The notes beneath the pieces were generated by a model. The model saw nothing but the letters and a program-made list of their open reading frames with translations, was not told where the DNA came from and ran no database searches. The translations under genes were made by a program, and so were the position numbers. A DNA stretch of 64,000 nucleotides from Eledone cirrhosa. Its lineage: Eukaryota. The first letter of the stretch is position 1; each line of letters opens with the position of its first letter. The stretch lies in NCBI GenBank assembly GCA_964016885.1, contig OZ024743.1, forward strand, positions 136,152,001-136,216,000, given 5' to 3'. Shown here piece after piece: positions 13,200 through 23,290 of the stretch.

Positions 13200-16100
13200 A
13201 ATCACTAAACACTAAACACCAAGCACCAAGCACCAAACACAAACACCAAGCACCAAGTACCAAACTCCAAACACCAAACACCAAGCACCAAGCACCAAAT
13301 CCCAAGCACCAAACACCATTCACCATAAAACAAACACCAAACACCAAGCATGAAGCACCAAGCACCAAATACCAATCACCAAGCACCAAAGAGCAAACAC
13401 CAAGCCCCAAGCACCAAACACCAAACACCAAACACCAAACAGCAAACACTAAACACCAAACACCAAAGAGCAAACACCAAACACCAAATAGCAAACACCA
13501 AACACCAACAAGGAAACACCAAACAGCAAACACCAAACAGCAAACGCCAAACAACAAACACAAACACCAAACACCAAACACCAAACACCAAGCACCAAGC
13601 ACAAAACACCAAGCACCAAGCGCCAAGCACCAAACACCAAACACCAAACACCAAACACCAAACACCAATCACCAAACACCAGACACCAAACACCAAACAG
13701 CAAACACCAAACACCAAACAGCAAACACCAAACACCAAACACCAAACAGCAAACACCAAACAGCAAACACCAAACAGCAAACACCAAACAGCAATCAGCA
13801 AACACCAAACACCAAACACCAAGCACCAAGCAGCAAACACCAACACCAAGCAACAAGCACCAATCACCAAGCACCAAGCACTAAACACCAAACACCTAGC
13901 ACCAAGCACCAAGCACCAAACACCAAGCACCAAGCACCAAGCACCAAACACCAAGCACCAAAGACCAAGCCCCAAATACCAAGCACCAAGCACCAAACAC
14001 CAATCACCAGGCACCAAGCACCAAACACCAAGAACCAAGCACCAAGCACTAAACACCAAACACCAAGCACCAAGCACCAAACACCAAGAACCAAGCACCA
14101 AGCGCAAACACCGAACACCAAGCACCAAGCACCAAACACCAAGCACCAACCACCAAGCACCAAACACCAAGCACCAAGCACCAATCACCAAACACCAAGC
14201 ACCAAGCACCAAACACCAAACATCAAGCACCAAGCACCAAACACCAAACTACAAGCACCAAGCACCAAACACCAAATACCAAGCACCAAGCACCAACCAC
14301 CAAGCACCAAACACCAAGAACCAAGCACCAAGCACCAAACACCAAGCACCAAATACCAAGCACCAGACGCAAAGCACCAAGCACCAAGCACCAAAAACCA
14401 AGCACCAAGCTCCAAGCACCAAACACCAAGCACCAAACAACAAACACCAAGCACCAAGCACCAAACACCAAGCACCAAGCGCCAAAAACCAAACAATAAG
14501 CACCAAGCACCAAATACCAAGCACCAAGCACCAAGCACCAAGCACCAAACACCAAACACCAAACACCAAACACCAAACAGCAAACACCAAACACCAAACA
14601 CCAAACAGCAAACGCCAAACATCAAACGCCAAACACCAAACGCCAAACAGCAAACGCCAAACACCAAACGCCAAACAGCAAGCGCCAAGCACGAAACGCC
14701 AAACACCAAGCACCAAGCACCAAACACCAAACACCTAGCACCAAGCACCAAACACCAAACACCAAGCACCAAGCACTAAACGCCAAACACCAAGCGCCAA
14801 GCACCAAGCACCAAACACCAAGCACCAAGCACCGAGCACCAAACACCAAACAACGAGCACCAAGCACCAAGCACCAAACACCAAGCCCCAAGCACCAAAC
14901 ACCAACCAGCAAACACCAAACACCAAACACTAAAAAGCAAACACCAAACAGCAAACACCAAACAGAAACACCAAACACCAAACACCAAACAGCAAACGCC
15001 AAGCACCAAACGCCAAAAAGCAAATGCCAAAACCCAAACGCCAAACAGCAAACGCCATACCCCAAACGCCAAGCACCAAACACCGAACACCAAGCACCAA
15101 GCACCAAACACCAAACACCAAGCACCAATCACCAAGCACCAAACACCAATCACCAAGCCCCAAGCACCAAACACCAAGCGTCAAGCACCAAACACCAAAC
15201 ACCAAGCACCAAGCACCCAGAACCAAGCACCAAGCACGAAACACCAAACACCAAGCACCAAGCACCAAACACCAAATACCAAGCACCAAGCACCAAGCAC
15301 CAAACAGCATACACCAAGCACCGAGCACCAAACACCAAAAACCAATCACCAAGCACCAAAGAGCAAACACCAAGCCCCAAGCACCAAACACCAAACACCA
15401 AACACCAAACACTAAACAGCAAACACCAACCAGCAAACACCAAACAGCAAACACCAAACAGCAAACGCCAAACAGCAAACACAAACACCAAACACCAAAC
15501 AACCAAACACCAAGCACCAAACACCAAACACCAATCACCAGGCACCAAGCACAAAACACCAAGCACCAAGCTCCAAACACCAAACACCAAGCACCAACCA
15601 CCAAGCACCAAGCACAAAGCACCAAGCACCAAACACAAAACACCAAGTACCAGTCACCAAGCACCAAACACCAAACACCAAACACCAAACACCAAACACC
15701 AAACACTAAACACCAAACACAAAACACCAAACACCCAACAGCAAACACCAAACACCAAACACCCAACAGCAAACACCAAACAGCAAACACCAAACAGCAA
15801 ACACCAAACAGCAAACAGCAAACACCCAACACCAAACACAAAGCACCAAGCACCAAACACCAAGCACCAAGCAACAAGCACCAATCACCAAGCACCAAGC
15901 CCTAAACACCAAACACCAAGCACCAAGCACCAAGCACCAAACACCAAGCACCAAGCACCAAGAACCAAACGCCAAGCACCAAGCACCAAACACCAAGCAC
16001 CAAGCACCATGCACCAAGCACCAAAAACCAAGCACTAAGGACCAAGCACCACACACCAAGGACCAAGCACCAAACACCAAACACCAAGCACCAAGCACTA

Positions 16101-18630
16101 AACACCAAACACCAAGCACCAAGCACCAAACACCAAACACCAAGCACCAAGTACCAAACTCCGAACACCAAACACCAGGCACCAAGCACCAAGAACCAAG
16201 CAGCAAACACGAAACACCAAGCACCAAGCACCAAACACCAAACACCAAGCACCAAGCACCAAACACCAAATACCAAGCACCAAGCACTAAACACCAAACA
16301 CCAAACACCAAGCACCAAGCACTAAACACCAAACACCAAGCACCAAGCACCAAACACCAAACACCAAGCACCAAGTACCAAACTCTGAACACCAAACACC
16401 AGGCACCATGCACCAAGAACCAAGCAGCAAACACCAAACACCAAGCACCAAGCACCAAGCACCAAACACCAAACACCAAACACCAAGCACCAAGCACCAA
16501 ACACCAAGCACCAAGCGCCAAAGACCAAACACCAAGCACCAAGCATGAAACACCAAGCACCAAGCACCGAGCACCAAACACCAAGTACCAAGCACCAATC
16601 ACCAAACACCAAGAACCAAGCAGCAAACACCAAACACCAAGCACCAAGCACCAAACACCAAACACCAAGCACCAAGCACCAAACACCAAATACCAAGCAC
16701 CAAGCACTAAACACCAAACACCAAGCACCAAGCACCAAGCATCATGCACCAAGCACCAAACACCAAGCACCAAGCACCAAGCACCAAGCACCAAACACAA
16801 AACACCAAGTACCAAGCACCTACCACAAAACACCAAACACCAAACACCAAGCACCAGACACCAAGCACCAAGCACTAAGCACCAAGCACCAAAAACCAAG
16901 CACCAAGCTCCAAGCACCAAACACCAAGCACCAAGCACCAAACACCAAACACCAAGCACCAACCACCAAACACCAAATACCAAGCACCAAGCACCAGGCA
17001 CCAAGCACCAAATACCAAGCACCAAGCACCAAGCACCAAACACCAAGCACCAAACACCAAGCACCAGACACCAAGCACCAAGCACCAAACACCAAACAGC
17101 AAACACCAAACACCAAACAGCAAACACCAAACAGCAAACACCAAACACCAAACACCAACCAGCAAACACCAAGCACCAAGCACTAAACAGCAAACACCAA
17201 GCACCAAGCACCAAGCACCAAACACCAAGCACCAAGCACCAAGCACCAAACACCAAGCACCAAGCACCAACCACCAAGCAGCAAGCACCAAGCACCAAGC
17301 ACCAAACACCAAGCACCAAGCACCAAACACCAAACACCAAGCACCAATCACCAAACACCAAACACCAAGCACCAAGCACCAAACACCAAGCACCAAGCAC
17401 CAAAGAGAAAAAAACCAAGCACCAAGCATCAAACACCAAACACCAAACACCACACAGCAAACAGCAAACAGCAAACACCAAACAGCAAACACCAAATAGC
17501 AAACACCAAACAGCAAACACCAAACACCAAACAGCAAACACTAAACACCAAACACCAAGCACCAAGCACCAAGCACCAAACAACAAGCACCAAGCACCAA
17601 GCACCAAGCACCAAACACCAAACACCAATCGCCAAACACCAAACACCAAGCATCAAGCACCAAACACCAAACACCAAGCACCAAGCACCAAGCACCAAGC
17701 ACCAAACACCAAGCACCAAGCACCAATCACCAAACACCAAACACCAGGCACCAAACACCAAACAGCAAACACCAATCACCAAACACCAAACACCAAACAG
17801 CAAACACCAATCACCAAACAACAAACACCAAACACCAAACAGTAAACACCAAACACCAAACAGCAAACACCAAACACCAAACACCAAACAGCAAACACCA
17901 AACACCAAACACCAAACACCAAACACCAAACAAACAGCAAACAGCAAACACCAAACAGCAAACAGCAAACACCAAACACCAAACAACAAACGCCAAACAG
18001 CAAATGCCAGCCACCAGATGCCTAACAGCAAACGCCAAACACCAAACGCCAAACAGCAAACACCAAACACCAAACAGCAAACACCAAACACCAAACACCA
18101 AATAGCAAACACCAAACAGCAAACACCAAACACCAAACACCAAACAGCAAACACCAAACAGCAAACAGCAAACACCAAACACCAAACACCAAGCACCAAG
18201 CACCAAACACCAAGCACCAATCAACAAGCACCAATCACCAAGCACCAAGCACTAAACACCAAACACCAAGCACCAAGCACCAAGCACCAAACACCAAGCA
18301 CAAAGCACCAAGCACCAAACGCCAAGCAACAAGCACCAAACACCAAGCACCAAGCACCAAGAACCAAACACCAAGCACCAAAGACCAAGCACCAAATACC
18401 AAGCACCAAGCACCAAACACCAATCACCAAGCACCAAGCACCAAACACCAAGAACCAAGCACCAATCACTAAACACTAAACACCAAGCACCAAGCACCAA
18501 ACACAAACACCAAGCACTAAGTACCAAACTCCAAACACCAAACACCAAGCACCAAGCACCAAATCCCAAGCACCAAACACCATGCACCATAAAACAAACA
18601 CCAAACACCAAGCATGAAGCACCAAGCACC
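13200..18630 (+). repeat. Diverged block duplicated at offset 5264 bp (752 monomers): ~13200-13360 matches ~18465-18630
   Basis: ATCACTAAACACTAAAC at 13201 and 18465; CACCATAAAACAAACACC at 13321 and 18585; AGCATGAAGCACC in both copies. Confidence 0.85.
16090..16720 (+). repeat. Local ~200-224 bp tandem sub-repeats
   Basis: GTACCAAACTCYGAACACC at 16151 and 16375 (+224). AAGAACCAAG-CAGCAAAC, with the CAGC at 16201, 16425 and 16621. Confidence 0.8.
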
Positions 18631-21600
18631 AAATACCAAACACCAAACACCAAGCACCACATCAAACACCAAGCACCAAGCACCAATCGCCAAGCACCAA
18701 GCACCAAGCAACAAACACAAAGCACCAAACACCAAGCACCAAGCACCAAGCACCAAACACCAAGCACCAAGCACCCAACACCAAACACCAATCACCAAGC
18801 ACCAAAGAGCAAACACCAAGCCCCAAGCACCAAACACCCAACACCAAACACCAAAACATCAAACACCAATCACGAATCACCAAACAGCAAACAGCAAACA
18901 CCAAACACCAAACACCAAGCACCAAGCACCAAACACCAAACACCAAGCACTAAGCACCAAACACCAAATACCAAGCACCAAGCACTAAACACGAAACACC
19001 AAGCACCAAGCACCAAGCACCAAGCACCAAACACCAAGCACCAAGCACCAAGCACCAAACACCAAGCACCAAACACCAAGCACCAAACACCAAGCACCAA
19101 GCACCAAGCACCAGACACCAAGCACCAAGCACCAAACACCAAGCACCAAACACCAACCACCAAGCACCAAACACCAAACATCAAGCACCAAGCACCAAAC
19201 ACCAAACACCAAGCACCAAACAGCAAACACCAAGCACCAAACACCAAACACCAAGTACCAAGCACCAAACACCAAACACCAAGCACCAAACACCAAGCAC
19301 CAAGCCCCAAGCACCAAACACCAAGCACCAAGCACCAAACACCAAGCACCAAGCACCAAGCACCAAGCACCATTCACCAAACACCAAGCACCAAGCACCA
19401 AACAGCAAACACCAAACAGCAAACACCAAACACCAAACACCAACCGGCAAACACCAAACACCAAACACCAAACAGCAAACACCAAACAGCAAACGCCAAA
19501 CAGCAAATGCCAAACCCCATACGCCAAAAAGCAAACGCCAAGCGCCAAACACCAAACACCAAGCGCCAAGCACCAAACACCAAACACCAAGCACCAAGCA
19601 CCAAGTACCAAACACCAAGCACCAATCACCAAACACCAAGCACCAAGTGCCAAACACCAAACACCAAACACCTAGCACCAAGTACCAAGCACCAAACACC
19701 AAGCACCAAACACCAGGCACCAAGCACCAAGCACCAAACACCAAGCACCAAACACCAAGCACCAGACACCAAGCACCAAGCTCCAAGCACCAAGCACCAA
19801 AAACCAAGCACCAAGCTCCAAGCACCAAACACCAAGCACCAAACACCAAACACCAAGCACCAAGCACCAAACACCAAGCACCAAGCGCCAAACACCAAAC
19901 ACCAAGCACCAAGCACCAAATACCAAGCACCAAGCACCAAGCACCAAACACCAAACACCAAACACCAAACACCAAACACCAAGCACCAAGCACCAAACAC
20001 CAAACACCAAGCACCAAGCACCAAACACCAAACACCAAGCACCAAGCACCAAACACCAAATACCAAGCACCAAACACCAAGCACCAAGCACCAAGCACCA
20101 AACACCAAGCACCAAACACCAAGCACCAGACACCAAGCACCAAGCACCAAACACCAAGCACCAAACAACAAACACCAAGCACCAAGCACCAAACACCAAG
20201 CACCAAGCGCCAAACACCACACACCAAGCACCAAATACCAAGCACTAAACACCAAACACCAAGCACCAAGCACCAAACACCAAGCACCAAACACCAAACA
20301 GCAAAAACCAAACACCAAACACCAAACAGCAAACAGCAAACACCAAACAGCAAACACCAAACAGCAAACACCAAACACCAAACACCAACCAGCAAATACC
20401 AAACACCAAACACCAAACGCCAAACATTAAACGCCAAACACCAAACGCCAAACAGCAAACACCAAACACCAAATGCCAACCAGCAAGCACCAAGCACCAG
20501 ACACCAAGCACCAAGCACCAAACACCAAACACCAAGCACCAAGCACCAAACACCAAACACCAAGCACCAAGCACCAAGCACCAAACACCAAACACCAAAC
20601 ACCAAACAGCAAACACCAAACAGCAAACACCAAATAGCAAACACCAAACAGCAAACAGCAAACACAAAACACCAAACACCAAGCACCAAGCACCAAACAC
20701 CAAGCACCAAGCAACAAGCACCAATCACCAAGCACCAAGCACTAAACACCAAACACCTAGGACCAAGCACCAAGCACCAAATACCAAGCACCATGCACCA
20801 AGCACCAAACACCAAGCACCAAAGACCAAGCACCAAATACCAAGCACCAAGCACCAAACACCAATCACCAAGTACCAAGCACCAAGTCCCAAGCACCAAA
20901 CACCAAGCACCAATCACCAAACACCAAACACCAAGCACCAAGCACCAAACACCAAAAATCAAGCACCAAGCACCAAGCACCATACACAAAACGCCAAACA
21001 CAAAATACCAAGCACCAAGCACCAAACACCAAGCACCAAGCGCCAAAGACCAAACACCAAAAACCAAGCACAAAACACCAAGCACCAAGCACCGAGCACC
21101 AAACACCAAGTACCAAGCACCAATCACCAAACACCAAGCACCAAGCACCAAACACCAAACACCAAGCACCAAGCACCAAGCACCAAGCATCAAGCACCAA
21201 GCACCAAACACCAAGCACCAAGCACCAAGCACCAAACACAAAACAACAAGTACCAAGCACCAAACACTTAACACCAAACACCAAGCACCAAGCACCAAAC
21301 ACCAAACACCAAGCACCAAGCACCAGACACCAAGCACCAAGCACCAATCACCAGACACTAAGCACCAAGCACCAAACACCAAGCACCAAACACCAAGCAC
21401 CAAGCACCAAACACCAAACACCAAGCACCAAGCACTAAACACCAAACACCAAGCACTAAGCACCAAGCACCAAGCACCAAGCACCAAGCACCAAGCACCA
21501 AACACAAAGCACCAAGCACCAAACAGCAAACACCAAGCACCAAACACCCAACCCCAAGCACCAAGCACCAAGCACAAAACACCAAGCACCAAACACCAAG

Positions 21601-22451
21601 CACCAAGCCCCAAGCACCAAACACCAAGCACCAAGCACCAAACTCCAAGCACCAAGCACCAAGCACCATACACCAAACACCAAGCACCAAGCACCAAACA
21701 GCAAACACCAAACAGCAAACACCAAACACCAAACACCAACCAGCAAACACCAAACACCAAACACCAAACAGCAAACACCAAACAGCAAACACCAAACAGC
21801 AAACACCAAACAGCAAACGCCAAAAAGCAAACGCCAAACACCAAACGCCAAACAGCAAACGCCAAGCGCCAAACACCAAACACCAAGCGCCAAGCACCAA
21901 ACAGCAAACACCAAGCACCAAACACCAAGTACCAAACACCAAACACCAAGCACCAAACACCAAACAGCAAACACCAAAAAGCAAACACCAAGCCCCATAC
22001 GCCAAACAGCAAATGCCAAACCCCAAACGCCAAACAGCAAACGCCAATCACCAAACACCAAACACCAAGCGACAAGCACCAAACACCAAACACCAAGCAC
22101 CAAGCACCAAACACCAAACACCAAGCACCAATCACCAGACACCAAACACCAAGCACCAATCACCAAACACCAAGCACCAAGCGCCAAACACTAAACACCA
22201 AACACCTAGCACCAAGCACCAAGCACCAAACACCAAGCACCAAACACCAAGCACCAAGCACCAAGCACCAAACACCAAGCACCAAACACCAAGCACCAGA
22301 CACCAAGCACCAAGCACCAAGCACCAAGCACCAAAAACCAAGCACCAAGCTCCAAGCACCAAACGCCAAGCACCAAACACCAAGCAGCACCAAGCACCAA
22401 ACACCAAGCACCAAGCGCCAAACACCAAACACCAAGCACCAAGCACCAAAT

Positions 22452-22491
22452 ACCAAGCACCAAGCACCAAGCTTGGTGCTTGGTGCTTGGT
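22452..22491. other. Array inversion junction; perfect 40-bp spacer-less palindrome centred on AAGCTT (22469-22474)
   Basis: ACCAAGCACCAAGCACCAAG|CTTGGTGCTTGGTGCTTGGT. The first mismatch is 22451(T) against 22492(G). Confidence 0.98.
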
Positions 22492-22840
22492 GCTTGGTGT
22501 TTGGTGCTTGGTGCTTGGTGCTTGGTGTTTGGTGCTTGGTGCTTGGTGCTTGCACTTTGGTGGTTGCTGTTTGGTGCTTGGTGTTTGGTGCTTGGTGCTT
22601 GGTGCTGGGTGGTTGGTGTTTGGTGCTTGGTGCTTGGTGTTTGGTGCTTGGTGCTTGGTGCTTGTTGTTTGGTGCTTGGTGCTTGGTCTTTGGTGCTTGG
22701 TGTTTGGTGTTTGGTGATTGGTGCTTGGTGCTTGGTGCTTGGTGTTTGGTGCTTGGTGCTTGGTGATTAGTGTTTGGTGCTTGGTGCTTGGGGTTTGGTG
22801 TTTTGTGCTTAGTGCTTGGTGTTTGGTGTTTGGTGTTTGC

Positions 22841-23290
22841 TGTTTGCTGTTTGGTGTCTGCTTTTTGGTATTTGGTGTTTGCTGTATGGTGTTTGCTGTT
22901 TCGTATTTGGTGTTTGCTGTTTGGTGTTTGGTGTTTGGTGTTTGGTGCTTGGTGTTTGGTGCCTGGTGCTTGGTGTTTGGCGTTTGGTGTTTGGTGTTTG
23001 GTGCTTGGTGCCTGGTGCTTGTTGTTTGGTGTTTGGTACTTGGTGCTTGGTGTTTGGTGTTTGGTGTTTGCTGTTTGGTGTCTGCTTTTTGGTATTTGGT
23101 GTTTGCTGTATGGTGTTTGCTGTTTCGTATTTGGTGTTTGCTATTTGGTGTTTGGTGTTTGGTGTTTGGTGCTTGGTGTTTGGTGCCTGGTGCTTGGTGC
23201 TTGGTGTTTGGTGTTTGGTGTTTGGTGCTTGGTGCCTGGTGCTTGTTGTTTGGTGTTTGGTACTTGGTGCTTGGTGTTTGGTGTTTGGTG
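22841..23290 (-). repeat. 224-bp (32-monomer) tandem duplication
   Basis: TCTGCTTTTTGGTATTTGG…GCTGTATGG…TTCGTATTTGG starts at 22857 and 23081. TACTTGG at 23037 and 23261. Confidence 0.9.

Larger units (their letters stand above)
1..22471 (+). repeat. Heptamer satellite array (CACCAAG/CACCAAA)n, left arm; C/A-rich strand on +
   Basis: Continuous 7-bp periodicity from base 1 to the junction. Common variants are CAGCAAA, CGCCAAA, CACCAAT, CCCCAAG, CACTAAA and TACCAAG. T is rare on the + strand. About 3,200 monomers; the array runs to the window edge. Confidence 0.99.

Noticed and set aside
17401-17420. GAGAAAAAAACC A-run as a retroelement poly(A) remnant
   Set aside because: Only 7 A, explained as a mutated GAGCAAA-CACCAAG with one extra base. 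No element body or target-site duplication.
19181-22159. Hydrophobic WCLVLGA ORFs as membrane proteins
   Set aside because: They are translations of the G/T-rich strand of the same satellite, overlap in all frames, and mostly start at TTG/GTG within monomers.
22469-22474. HindIII ligation (cloning or Hi-C) artefact at the junction
   Set aside because: Not favoured, because AAGCTT arises automatically when CCAAG meets its own reverse complement, and the array otherwise almost lacks the site. It cannot be fully excluded without reads.
22452-22491. Rho-independent terminator, or replication origin inferred from the skew switch
   Set aside because: There is no upstream gene, loop or U-tract. 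The hairpin and the skew reversal are fully explained by the array inversion.
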